This document shows, in pieces, positions 51,915 to 62,059 of a stretch of DNA of 64,000 bases. The translations under genes and the position numbers were made by a program. Each line of letters begins with the position of its first letter. The first letter of the stretch is position 1. This stretch comes from Candidatus Latescibacterota bacterium. Its GTDB lineage: Bacteria; Latescibacterota; UBA2968. The DNA is taken from the NCBI GenBank assembly GCA_965205975.1, contig OZ242195.1:1984001-2048000 (forward strand), read 5' to 3'. The notes beneath the pieces are model-generated. The model was not told the DNA's origin. It ran no database searches and worked only from the letters and a program-made list of their open reading frames with translations.

Positions 51915-52889
51915 ATGAGGTTTTTGGTTACGGGCGGTGCGGGTTTTATTGGCTCACATCTGGCCGAACGGCTTTTGAAACAAGACCACGAAGTTTATGT
52001 TTTAGACGATCTTTCAACCGGAGATCTGGACAATGTGCGGCACCTCGAGGGGAATTCGAGGTTTCAAATGAAAGTGGGCACAGTGCTCGATCCAGAGACA
52101 CTCAGACCCTTAGTCGAGTGGAGCGATGTCATTTATCATCTCGCAGCGGCTGTGGGTGTAAATTACGTCATCAACCACCCATTGCAGTCTTTGACCACGA
52201 ATATTCGAGGCACCGAACTCCTGTTGGAATTGGCAAACAAAAGAAAAAAACGGGTACTTTTGGCATCGACCTCAGAGGTTGCGGGAAAGAAAAACGGCAA
52301 AGCGACATTTAGTGAAGACGATGATCGCTTGTTGGGACCAACAACCGTTGCACGATGGAATTATTCAACCTCTAAAGCCGTCGGTGAAATGCTGGGATTG
52401 GCTTATTGGCGAGAGAAAAAATTGCCCGTAATCATGGTGCGATTTTTCAATGTGATTGGCCCTCGGCAAAGCCCAGAATACGGCATGGTAGTACCCCGAT
52501 TTATCAAGCAGGCATTGTTGGGACATCCCATTACTGTATATAACGATGGCGAACAACGGCGGTGTTTTACCGATATAGAAGATGCTTTAGATGGATTGAC
52601 GGCATTGATGGAAAACGATCAAACGCCGGGCGAAATTTTTAATTTAGGCGGCAATCACGAGACCAATGAGATTTGTATCAAGGGCCTCGCGGAAAAAATT
52701 AAAGTGCTGACGGAAAGCGATTCACCCATTGAATTTGTGCCTTATGATAAGGCATTTGCAAAGGGTTCGTACGAAGATCTCAATTATCGCGTTCCCGATT
52801 TGACCAAGATCAAAAAATTAACGGGTTATAATCCCAAAATCAGTTTGGATACCACATTGCGGCGCATTATTGAATACTACGAATCGTGA
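51915..52889 (+). CDS. NAD-dependent nucleotide-sugar epimerase/dehydratase
   Basis: VTGGAGFIGSHL, YHLAAAVG, YSTSK and RFFNVIGPRQ. ATG at 51915. Confidence 0.92.
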   Translation: MRFLVTGGAGFIGSHLAERLLKQDHEVYVLDDLSTGDLDNVRHLEGNSRFQMKVGTVLDPETLRPLVEWSDVIYHLAAAVGVNYVINHPLQSLTTNIRGTELLLELANKRKKRVLLASTSEVAGKKNGKATFSEDDDRLLGPTTVARWNYSTSKAVGEMLGLAYWREKKLPVIMVRFFNVIGPRQSPEYGMVVPRFIKQALLGHPITVYNDGEQRRCFTDIEDALDGLTALMENDQTPGEIFNLGGNHETNEICIKGLAEKIKVLTESDSPIEFVPYDKAFAKGSYEDLNYRVPDLTKIKKLTGYNPKISLDTTLRRIIEYYES

Positions 52890-52959
52890 TATCCGCTTTA
52901 TTTTTATGATAATCGGCGTTTGCATTGCCCATCGGGAAGTGTAAACGCCAATTTTTGTT

Positions 52960-54108
52960 ATGAACCGACGCCCCAAAATACTCCATACCATGACCTGGCT
53001 TGCGCCTGGTGGTGGCGCAGACCGAAATGTGTATCTTTCGATGAAGGACATGCGAAAGGATTACGAGATTCACCTCGCCGTTGGACGACAAATCAAGCGA
53101 GACGATTTGTTAAAACTACACGGAGTAGCCACGCATATATGCCCATATTTAGACCGGGAAATCAGACCCTGGCGCGATTTTCGAGCATTGCTGTGGTTCA
53201 TGAGATTGATTCGCCGCGAGCGATTTGATCTGGTTCACACCCATGAAAGCAAAGCGAGTTTGCTCGGGCGCCTCGCCGCGCGATTGGTCGGCTGCAAACA
53301 TATCATCTACGGGCTTCACGGTGTGGTTTTTAACGATCCGGGCAGTTATATAAAACGACAATTCTACATCGCACTCGAAAAAATGACGATATGGGCTTGC
53401 GATTTGATCATAGCCGTTGGTCGAGACACAATTCGGCACTATAATAGGAAAAATATTGGTCGCAACATTCCCCATCAGATCGTTTACAGCGGCATCGATG
53501 TTACGGAATTTGAAAAGCGTCTGGACAACGTAAAGAAAGACGCATTTCGGCGCAATATAGGCATTCCCGACAACGCGCCCATACTCGTCAATATTGGCCG
53601 TTTTTCACCTGCAAAGGCACAGCATTATACGATTGAGGCATTTGCCAGATTACAATGTCCGGAAGCCCGTTTGTTATTGGTAGGGGAAGGACCCGAACGC
53701 GTAGCATGCGAGCGGCTTTGTGCCGAGTTGAAAGTTGAAGACCGTGTCATTTTTGCGGGATTTTTTCAGGATATTACACCTGCGTATGCGGTTGCTTCTG
53801 TGCATGTTCTATCCTCTTTGCGCGAGGGCTTGTCCGGCGTTGCCGTAGAGGCATCCCTCTCGCGAGTACCCACAGTGTCGTTCGAAGTCGAAGGCATACG
53901 AGAGATTGTAACACATGGGCACTCGGGTTTTGTTGTACCACAAGGCGATATCAAAGCGATGGTGACGTATTTGGAAAAATTGATCGGAGACTCTCAGATG
54001 TGTCACACTTATGGAGAACGCGCATACCAGCACGCGATTGCGCGATGGGATCACCGCGTTATGGTGCAAAAATTGGATACGATTTATCGTCAAAGGCTCA
54101 AAATATGA
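52960..54108 (+). CDS. Glycosyltransferase family 4
   Basis: GGADR, VHTHESKA, GRFSPAK and EGLSGVAVEA. Confidence 0.9.
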   Translation: MNRRPKILHTMTWLAPGGGADRNVYLSMKDMRKDYEIHLAVGRQIKRDDLLKLHGVATHICPYLDREIRPWRDFRALLWFMRLIRRERFDLVHTHESKASLLGRLAARLVGCKHIIYGLHGVVFNDPGSYIKRQFYIALEKMTIWACDLIIAVGRDTIRHYNRKNIGRNIPHQIVYSGIDVTEFEKRLDNVKKDAFRRNIGIPDNAPILVNIGRFSPAKAQHYTIEAFARLQCPEARLLLVGEGPERVACERLCAELKVEDRVIFAGFFQDITPAYAVASVHVLSSLREGLSGVAVEASLSRVPTVSFEVEGIREIVTHGHSGFVVPQGDIKAMVTYLEKLIGDSQMCHTYGERAYQHAIARWDHRVMVQKLDTIYRQRLKI

Positions 54109-54806
54109 AACCGCGCAAAGTGGGATACGACTGCGCCAGCAGTTCATCAACGCAGGCTGTCGGGCAGTTTTTTGACATTTATGCCAAAAATTTTGATGCG
54201 CTCTACGGGCATACAGGACATCGAAGCGCGCTCGGCAGATGGGTAGATCGCACATTTCGGCAGGTGATGGTGCGGCGCTTTGAGGAAACGCTTCGACATA
54301 CAGAAAAGCCAGTGATCCATTCTGTATTAGACATCGGGTGTGGCCCGGGACGATACACGGCTGCGTTTGCACTTCAGGGGAAAGGAGTCGTGGGGATAGA
54401 TATTGCCAAAGAAATGCTAAAAATCGCACAGGACAATATCGACGCGCTCAATGTGACAGCAGACCTCATTCTGGGCGATTATCTATCTGTTCGTTTTGAT
54501 CGGGTATTTGACGCGGCGTGTTTGATGGGGTTTTTTGATTATATTGAAAATCCCGTACCGGTTTTGAAAAAATTAGCCACAGAAGTGACGGACGAGTTCT
54601 ACGCGAGCTTTCCAAAGTCGGGCGGTTTTTTGGCGTGGCAGCGGCATATCCGATACCGACTGCGAAGATGTCCGCTGTGGTTATACAGCAAACGAGATGT
54701 TGAAGATGCACTAATTGCAAGCGGCTTTGCCGGATGTTACGAAATTCGCGATTTTGGACGCGATTGGTATGTGGTCGTCCAAATACAGAGCACAACCAAC
54801 GACTAA
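54105..54806 (+). CDS. Class I SAM-dependent methyltransferase
   Basis: VLDIGCGPG and GIDIAKEML; ATG overlaps the previous stop. Confidence 0.88.
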   Translation: MKPRKVGYDCASSSSTQAVGQFFDIYAKNFDALYGHTGHRSALGRWVDRTFRQVMVRRFEETLRHTEKPVIHSVLDIGCGPGRYTAAFALQGKGVVGIDIAKEMLKIAQDNIDALNVTADLILGDYLSVRFDRVFDAACLMGFFDYIENPVPVLKKLATEVTDEFYASFPKSGGFLAWQRHIRYRLRRCPLWLYSKRDVEDALIASGFAGCYEIRDFGRDWYVVVQIQSTTND

Positions 54807-54837
54807 CTCGTGAAAGACCTGAGCCAGTTTTTTCCCT

Positions 54838-56361
54838 ATGTCAAAAGGTCTCACATTTTTTAAACTATGCGCTACCGCGGCCTTTGCGATACTGGCGTGG
54901 ATCGCTTCGGGCATCTCATTATTAGATGATGATTGGGGCCATCTCAAATTGGCGTCCAAAGGCGTTGTCTTCGCTTTGACAACCGGATGGGAGGGCCTGA
55001 TTGGACAAGGGGGATATTATCGCCCGGCAGTTGTTTTATCGTTTTATCTGGACTATTTAATTGGCGGTTACGCGCCCGCGATTTATCACATCCACAATAT
55101 TTTGATTCACGCGGGATGCGCGTATCTCGTTTTTTTATTTGCGCGATGCCTCACCATAGATACCACAGTAGCCTGGGGCGCCGCGCTTTTGTTTTTTGTG
55201 CTACCCATTCACACCGATTCCATCTTCTGGATTGTCGGGCGCACAGATCTCTTATGTGCGTTATTTTATCTAAGCGCACTAATTTTATTTGTTAAATATA
55301 TGCAACGCGGTTCCACCGGCGCGCTATTGGGACTTGCCGCTTGCTGCGCCCTCGCTTTTTTGTCCAAAGAAATGGCCGTTTCCCTACCCATCGCACTCGC
55401 TGCCCTGGTCGCGTATGACAAAGCGTGGAAAACAGTACAGGCCCAGCGCGGATTGGCGGTTGTCTGTATCGTATTGCTGGCGTATTTTGGCGTCCGATGG
55501 GTCGTGCTGGGCAGCGTATTGGGAGGAACACCCCGCGTATCAATGATAGATTGGGCACGCGACGGCGTGAAAGCAGTGGCAAAATTTGGAATGAGTGATA
55601 TCTGGTGGTTGGGCATTGCACTGGTGGTCGGAAGTGCTGGAATCTTTATTTTTCAACATGGTCGCGGCATCTCGCACAAATTCTGTCGCCTATTTGTCTT
55701 GATCTTCCTCCTCGGCGCAAGCCTCGCCCCGACATTGGGGCATTTGCACAACTGGTATTTGTATTTGCCCTCCGCCTTCTTTTGTCTGGGTATCTCTGCT
55801 ATCTGGGTAAATAAAAAACAGCCGATTCTCTGCTATCTCTTCGCTATTCTAATCCTGTATTACGGAGTGGTGATCGGGCGCGAGGGCTTTTTCTGGCGCG
55901 AGGCTTCGCAAATGAGTGAAAATGCGATTGCCAATTTGATGCCCCACGCGCGAACAGCCACCGGCACGTTATTCGTCTGCAACGTACCTTCGGCGTGGAC
56001 TCCCTCTGGCGCATTCAGCGGCAAACCGCTATTCGCTTATGCACTCCAAAATGCACTTGCCATGCGCTCACCCCAATCATTGCAAGCTGAAATTGCAATG
56101 GTGAATCACGTCTGGCTGACAGGTGATTTTGAGTATCGCATTCACAGGACAAATACGGGGTTTGATCTTGCGATCGAAAAAGGAGGCTTCTTTTCATTTC
56201 ACAGCAAAGGGCAAGGGCAAACACCGCCTTTTGCCATTGACCAGATGTGGGGCCGTGTAACGGTACACGCAACCGACTCTCTCTCGGTCGCGCTGAATAT
56301 GCAACCGGGGGATCGCGTGGTAATTTACAACAAAGGTGAATTTGAGAAATTGTGGCCATAA
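54838..56361 (+). CDS. GT-C fold membrane glycosyltransferase-like protein
   Basis: DDD, YYRP, H..NILIH, PIHTDSIFWIVGR and SKE motifs with many TM helices. Confidence 0.7.
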   Translation: MSKGLTFFKLCATAAFAILAWIASGISLLDDDWGHLKLASKGVVFALTTGWEGLIGQGGYYRPAVVLSFYLDYLIGGYAPAIYHIHNILIHAGCAYLVFLFARCLTIDTTVAWGAALLFFVLPIHTDSIFWIVGRTDLLCALFYLSALILFVKYMQRGSTGALLGLAACCALAFLSKEMAVSLPIALAALVAYDKAWKTVQAQRGLAVVCIVLLAYFGVRWVVLGSVLGGTPRVSMIDWARDGVKAVAKFGMSDIWWLGIALVVGSAGIFIFQHGRGISHKFCRLFVLIFLLGASLAPTLGHLHNWYLYLPSAFFCLGISAIWVNKKQPILCYLFAILILYYGVVIGREGFFWREASQMSENAIANLMPHARTATGTLFVCNVPSAWTPSGAFSGKPLFAYALQNALAMRSPQSLQAEIAMVNHVWLTGDFEYRIHRTNTGFDLAIEKGGFFSFHSKGQGQTPPFAIDQMWGRVTVHATDSLSVALNMQPGDRVVIYNKGEFEKLWP

Positions 56362-56374
56362 AAAAGGTACGATC

Positions 56375-59300
56375 GTGAAAGTTTTCTGGCATAGCATCCC
56401 TGCAATCACTTTGCTAATCGCGACGAGCGTCGCACACGCGGGAGACGTGCGCGTGGTGGCAACGGGAGAAAACTGGGTGGAAATTGTAGTGGGTACATCC
56501 GACTTAGTCGTCACCTCAAAGTCTCCTTATGATCGCATAGACGTGCCGGGATGGATGTGGTTGCACCAGCCAGGGGCACCTGCTGTACCCGTGCGCGGTG
56601 CAACACTGGGCATGCCTTATGGCTCTCACGCGGTCATTCAAGTGCTCAATGCAGACTATGAGGAAATCGAAGGCCTGGATCTCATGCCAGTGCCACAGAT
56701 GCAGTTGTTGGGATCTGAACAACATCCATTTTCGAGATCGGCCTACCTGAAGGACCAGACAATTTACGACACACCGGGATTTTATCCCGGCGCAGAAGCC
56801 GTTATCGCGCACACAGGCATCTTGCGCGATCAACAAATCGCGATTCTGTCATTGCGTCCAGTTCAATACGACCCCGTTCAGCGCAGGATTCGAATTGCGC
56901 GACAATTGCGGGTGCGCGTGTTATTTGTCGCGGATGAAACGCGCCCCCCTATTCGGCTTTTGAGAGACACGGACGATTTTGAGCCCGTCTATCAAAAGGG
57001 ACTGCTCAATCCCGAACAGGCGCGCTTGTGGCGCGGGCGACGCATTCGCGCGACAAAGCGCGTCCAGGATTGGTACGATCCCACGACCATGTACTACAAG
57101 ATCAGAATTTTTGAAGATGGCCTCTACCGATTGGATGCGCGCTGGTTTTCCGAATCCGGCATTGTATTGGCACCGGGAGATTTGGATCGATTGCAGATAT
57201 TTTTAGACGGAGAAGAAATCCCGCTACTCATTGAAGATGGAGAAGACGGCGTATTAGATACGGGCGATGGGGTGCTGTTTTGGGGCGCATTTCGGCGTGC
57301 ACCAGATCGAGATTTTAAAAGTGATTACGGTACAGAACGCATCTATTTCCTGCGTATTGGTCGAGAATCTGGCTTGCGATATACACGGGCTGAGGACACA
57401 TCTACGAATGAGTTTTCGACGCATTTTTGGTCGCGCAAACACGTTGAAATCGATTCGATCTATGAAGCCCTGGGACATGCGCGAAATGCCAACCGCGATC
57501 ACTGGTTCTGGCAGCGCACCGCATCTCCATCGCGCCCGGGCGATATGCCCACAGACGTCGTAATGCCCGTGCCTTTGCCGGGGCTGGCGCGCGAATCAGG
57601 TAGCAATGCACAAATTCGTCTGGGCATGCATTCGTTGACCCTGAACCATAACATAAACCCCGATCACTACGCAGTGATACAAATTCAGGATGGTCCGCTC
57701 ATCGCAGAAGCGCGCTGGGATGGACAGGACGCCCATATCGCGACGGGTACAGTACCCGTATCGGCATTGTCAGATACCACATACGTGGTATTGCGAACGC
57801 CCGGCGATCCTTCGTTTCCACTTGAACCGGTTCCCTACGTCGATCATGTGTATTTCAACTGGGTGGAGATTACTTATCCGCGGCGTTTTGAAGCCATAAA
57901 TGGTATGCTGCGTTTTAACCAGGGCATTGTGCTTTCACCACGCGCGATCTCAATTCCCAATTTTGAACACGAACGGGTTAGAGTCTTGAATTTGGACAAG
58001 AACAAGATCGTCGGCACGGTGCGAGGTAGCGAGGGAATTCGGTTTGAGATTTCTGAAGGCGGCAATTTTGTCGCAGTGGATGAAACAGCGATAAAAACAC
58101 CCGAACTTGCAAAACCTGATACACCTTATGATTTGCGCGGATACTCTGGCGCAGATTACGTGATCATTGCAGGTACAGATTTTATGGATGCCGCCGAGCG
58201 TTTGGCCACACACCGGCAGGGACAGGGGTTATCGACACTGGCAGTCAATATAGCCGATATATATGACGAATTTTCCTTCGGACAGGTCGATGCCGAGGCC
58301 ATTCGCCGTTTTGTACAATACGGATTTTACACATGGGCACAACGCCCTGAGCACGTATTGTTGCTCGGTGAATTCAGCTTTGATTATCGCAATATATTTG
58401 GAGCAACTCGGATCGCGCGTCATAATCTTGTACCGGGCATGCCCTTTCAATCTCCCAACCGCGGTCTGGCATTTACCGATGAGTTTTTTGGGCGAGTAGA
58501 TGATGATTTGTTTATGGATGTATTTGTGGGACGGTTCTCTGTCCGACGTACGTCGCAGGCCAATACAGTTGTGGAAAAAGTGATCGCTTATGACGAAACA
58601 CCGCCAGCACAATGGCACAACCGCATCACACTAATGGCAAATTGGGATGATCAGGACCCATCCCTATTTATTGCGCCAAGCGATACGCTGGCAACAATTG
58701 CGCACGCTATTGGCCTGGAGAATTTCAAGGTATATCACGATGCAGATACGCCGCCCGAACCCAATGCCTCATCCCGCGAAGTTATTCGGCAGATCAATGA
58801 AGGGCGTCTGATTGTAAATTTTATGGGCCACGGCAGCGCTTCATCGATGTCCAAATATTTTGCCGGAACATTTCAGCAAGGGGCATTCAATTACCTGAGC
58901 CAAATTCAAAATGCTGAACGCCTGCCCTTATTTATCGGGATGTCATGTCTCAATGGATTATACTGGGATCCGCGCATCACAAGTTTGGCCGAAGATATGA
59001 CCAACAAACCCGATGGCGGCGCAATAGCATACATATCCGCGTCTTCTCTCTCTTTTATTCGCATTAACAACCAGCTCAACACCGCGCTATTCCGACATAT
59101 GTTTGAAAATAGTGCACTGGCTTTCGGACAGAGTCTCGCATTGGGCAAAATGGCCGAACTCGCCGTTCTTCCTTCGAGCGAACTGGGACTGGTGGGAATG
59201 AATTTGATCGGCGATCCCGCACAACAAATCGCGGTGCCGCAAAATCCGGATTTTGTACTTGGCGATGCGGCGTTGCAGTTGGACCAACAAGGCGAACTGA

Positions 59301-62047
59301 CCACAGGAGACTCTGTTCGGGTAACGCTACGCATAGATAATTGGGGTATTTTGCCCGATCGCAACGTGGATATCATCCTGATTGATCGCAACCTTGATTC
59401 CGCTGTGGTCGATACCCTATTCATGGCGGCTTTACCGCCTTTTGGGATACGCGACAGTGTGACGGTACTCTGGCATCTTAAAAATCGCCCTGGACGCCAT
59501 ATATTAGAAGCGATAGCCGACCCCGCCGATGCGCTTGTAGAAGGCGATGAAACAAATAATCGGACTGCGGTAGAAGTCGATGTCCTCGGTGCGTTATCGG
59601 CTGTACAGCTCTTGCCATTGCCAAGTCAGACCGTCGCGAATGCCCAGACGGTATTGGGCGTGCGGTCTGGGGAAAACTTGTTCCATCTAACGGGCGAATT
59701 TGAGCTGAATAGATCTGGCGACTTTCAAGCCCCCGCGACAATGCGCTCAGGCAGCGTGGCCGCCGCTGAGGGCATCATCTTATGGCGTCCGACGGGTTTG
59801 CGCGCGGGGGCTTATTTTTGGCGCGCCCGATTATCCGATGGACAGACAACGGGACCCTGGTCCGATGTGCGACATTTTGTGGTGACATCCTCTGTACCCG
59901 AGCGGCAGGTGGTGTGGCAGCAAGACGGCACTATTGCATTATCGCGCGGCACAGGTGAAGATGTCGTGTTATCTGATGACGGTTCCGTTGGACGCACTAT
60001 GTCTCCACCGCCGATCCGATTCAATGACGCCGAAGCTTCTTTTTTAAGCGAAGGTGTGGCGGGCACAGCCGTTTTGTGTACGGACGGAACATACCTGTAT
60101 GTGAAGCGATTCTATTCACCACAAGGCTTGTATCCAGGCAGCGATTTGTTCGCGCGCATTGGCACGGGATTCAATGGCACGGTAGCGGGTCAAAATTACG
60201 GGATCGTGACCGAAACACCTATCCAGGGTATTTCAGCAACATTTCACAGCGATGGATTTATTTATGCCGAACACCAAACCGCTCGCTCTGTATTGCGTAT
60301 TTCTCCCGTCACTGGAAGAATCGATACCGTTGAAGTACCCGACCGCTTGCTGGATTTGGACCGTGCATTGCCCTTTGATGACCATGCTTTAATTACCTCT
60401 GATGGCGAATTTATCTACAACGTGTCTGCAGGGATCAATGGCATAAAGCGCAGCGGGTGGACCGTACGCGTATTTGACCCGGCTAATGCCTGGCGCATCG
60501 TACGACAATTTACTGTACAGCCAACAGAAACGGGATTTGGATATCTATTTACAGATGGCGCGATCGCCGATGGGCGGTTTATCTACTTAATCGAATTTGG
60601 CACGGGATTGACACATCGCGTGCGCGTGGTAGATGCACATACCGGAGCTTATGTGGAAGAATTTGAAAGCGATCAGGCGCAGACAGATATTCTGGGCGGA
60701 CAATTTGATTGGGTGAACAACGCGGTGTGGTTGGGACAATTGCACGGGGGCATGGTATATCGATATCCGGGGCAGCGCTTGCCCGAGTTTGGCACCTTAA
60801 CATCTGAACCAATTGGACCGGCGAGGGCCTGGCATACAGTAATAACGGCTTTGTCGGGCACGGGCAAAGCCGAAGTAAATTTACTGGGCGAGGTCGATAA
60901 CAATACTTTTGCTCCATTGGCACAATGGCAAAATTTATCACCTGGAACACAAAATTTGGACGGTATAGCCGTCCCGCGACTAAAAATTCAGATCAAATTA
61001 TTTGGTGAAGGACTAAATCCATCCCCCGGTCTGCAAACCTGGACCACGACATATCAGCCGCTTTCAGATATTGGCCTGAGTAACTTGCGGGCAGAGCCTT
61101 TTGAAATAACGGAATTGCAACCTGTGTTCCTCCATCTCGACGTGCAAAACCGCGGTCCATTAGACCTGGCTTTGGGCGCGTCTGTTGCCTTTTATAGCGG
61201 CTCTCCCACGCTGGGGCGTCTAATAGGGCGCGTGGCTGTGCCCGAAAATAGCCCACTCGGACAAATAGTCCCCCTGCGCATGGCATGGCAAACCGCGCAA
61301 TGGGCAGGACAACACATGGTAACGGCCCGTTTGGAAAATTTTCAAGGACAACCAATTTTCCCAGGTCGCGAAGTGATACTTACAGAGCCAGTGCAGATTA
61401 CCCCGAGCTCTGACCGCGATATGCCAACAATTGAAATCGCGGCACTGGATGCCCTCGGCGAAGTTCGACCAGAAGATTATTTGCCCTCCCAACCGACATT
61501 TCGCATTTCCATGCGCGATACAGCGGGTCTTGATTTGTCCAGTATTCGTCTATCGCTTTCGGGAACAGACGAGGCACAAGAGAGTCATTATGAGTCAGAA
61601 AAAATAAAAGATCGCGCTGTCACCCCCATGACACTGTCTTTTGTCTATACCCCAAACGCGCTTGCCGATGATCGTTATACGCTCACTGTTGAAGCCTCTG
61701 ACAGGCTGGGAAATGGCCCTGCAAAAATTGCGATAGCGTTCCAGGTCTCTTCAATATTGGCGATAGAAAACGCACTGGTTGCGCCCAATCCCGTATCTGA
61801 CACAGGACATTTTACGTTCATCTTATCGCGTCCTTCAGAAGTCACCGTGCGGATTTACACCCTTGCCGGACGGCTCGTTCAGAGAATTGAAGAACCTTAT
61901 GCACGCGCGGGATACAACCAGATTTTTTGGGATGGTCGAGATGCCGACGGCCATGTGTTGAGCAACAACACGTATTTGTACACCTTGACAGCAGACAATG
62001 GCGAATCGCAGGCGCGGGTTAAAGACAAGTTGATTGTGTATCGATAA
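56375..62047 (+). CDS. C25 cysteine peptidase (gingipain/PorU-like) with propeptide, CARDB/Ig-like domains and a T9SS/FlgD-like C-terminal domain
   Basis: PGAPAVP propeptide, ADYVII, DIYDEF, catalytic GHG and SC (FMGHGS, GMSCLNG), LIGDP, ETNN and PNP...IYTLAGRLV...WDGRD. Confidence 0.85.
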   Translation: MKVFWHSIPAITLLIATSVAHAGDVRVVATGENWVEIVVGTSDLVVTSKSPYDRIDVPGWMWLHQPGAPAVPVRGATLGMPYGSHAVIQVLNADYEEIEGLDLMPVPQMQLLGSEQHPFSRSAYLKDQTIYDTPGFYPGAEAVIAHTGILRDQQIAILSLRPVQYDPVQRRIRIARQLRVRVLFVADETRPPIRLLRDTDDFEPVYQKGLLNPEQARLWRGRRIRATKRVQDWYDPTTMYYKIRIFEDGLYRLDARWFSESGIVLAPGDLDRLQIFLDGEEIPLLIEDGEDGVLDTGDGVLFWGAFRRAPDRDFKSDYGTERIYFLRIGRESGLRYTRAEDTSTNEFSTHFWSRKHVEIDSIYEALGHARNANRDHWFWQRTASPSRPGDMPTDVVMPVPLPGLARESGSNAQIRLGMHSLTLNHNINPDHYAVIQIQDGPLIAEARWDGQDAHIATGTVPVSALSDTTYVVLRTPGDPSFPLEPVPYVDHVYFNWVEITYPRRFEAINGMLRFNQGIVLSPRAISIPNFEHERVRVLNLDKNKIVGTVRGSEGIRFEISEGGNFVAVDETAIKTPELAKPDTPYDLRGYSGADYVIIAGTDFMDAAERLATHRQGQGLSTLAVNIADIYDEFSFGQVDAEAIRRFVQYGFYTWAQRPEHVLLLGEFSFDYRNIFGATRIARHNLVPGMPFQSPNRGLAFTDEFFGRVDDDLFMDVFVGRFSVRRTSQANTVVEKVIAYDETPPAQWHNRITLMANWDDQDPSLFIAPSDTLATIAHAIGLENFKVYHDADTPPEPNASSREVIRQINEGRLIVNFMGHGSASSMSKYFAGTFQQGAFNYLSQIQNAERLPLFIGMSCLNGLYWDPRITSLAEDMTNKPDGGAIAYISASSLSFIRINNQLNTALFRHMFENSALAFGQSLALGKMAELAVLPSSELGLVGMNLIGDPAQQIAVPQNPDFVLGDAALQLDQQGELTTGDSVRVTLRIDNWGILPDRNVDIILIDRNLDSAVVDTLFMAALPPFGIRDSVTVLWHLKNRPGRHILEAIADPADALVEGDETNNRTAVEVDVLGALSAVQLLPLPSQTVANAQTVLGVRSGENLFHLTGEFELNRSGDFQAPATMRSGSVAAAEGIILWRPTGLRAGAYFWRARLSDGQTTGPWSDVRHFVVTSSVPERQVVWQQDGTIALSRGTGEDVVLSDDGSVGRTMSPPPIRFNDAEASFLSEGVAGTAVLCTDGTYLYVKRFYSPQGLYPGSDLFARIGTGFNGTVAGQNYGIVTETPIQGISATFHSDGFIYAEHQTARSVLRISPVTGRIDTVEVPDRLLDLDRALPFDDHALITSDGEFIYNVSAGINGIKRSGWTVRVFDPANAWRIVRQFTVQPTETGFGYLFTDGAIADGRFIYLIEFGTGLTHRVRVVDAHTGAYVEEFESDQAQTDILGGQFDWVNNAVWLGQLHGGMVYRYPGQRLPEFGTLTSEPIGPARAWHTVITALSGTGKAEVNLLGEVDNNTFAPLAQWQNLSPGTQNLDGIAVPRLKIQIKLFGEGLNPSPGLQTWTTTYQPLSDIGLSNLRAEPFEITELQPVFLHLDVQNRGPLDLALGASVAFYSGSPTLGRLIGRVAVPENSPLGQIVPLRMAWQTAQWAGQHMVTARLENFQGQPIFPGREVILTEPVQITPSSDRDMPTIEIAALDALGEVRPEDYLPSQPTFRISMRDTAGLDLSSIRLSLSGTDEAQESHYESEKIKDRAVTPMTLSFVYTPNALADDRYTLTVEASDRLGNGPAKIAIAFQVSSILAIENALVAPNPVSDTGHFTFILSRPSEVTVRIYTLAGRLVQRIEEPYARAGYNQIFWDGRDADGHVLSNNTYLYTLTADNGESQARVKDKLIVYR

Positions 62048-62059
62048 AGTGAAAAAATC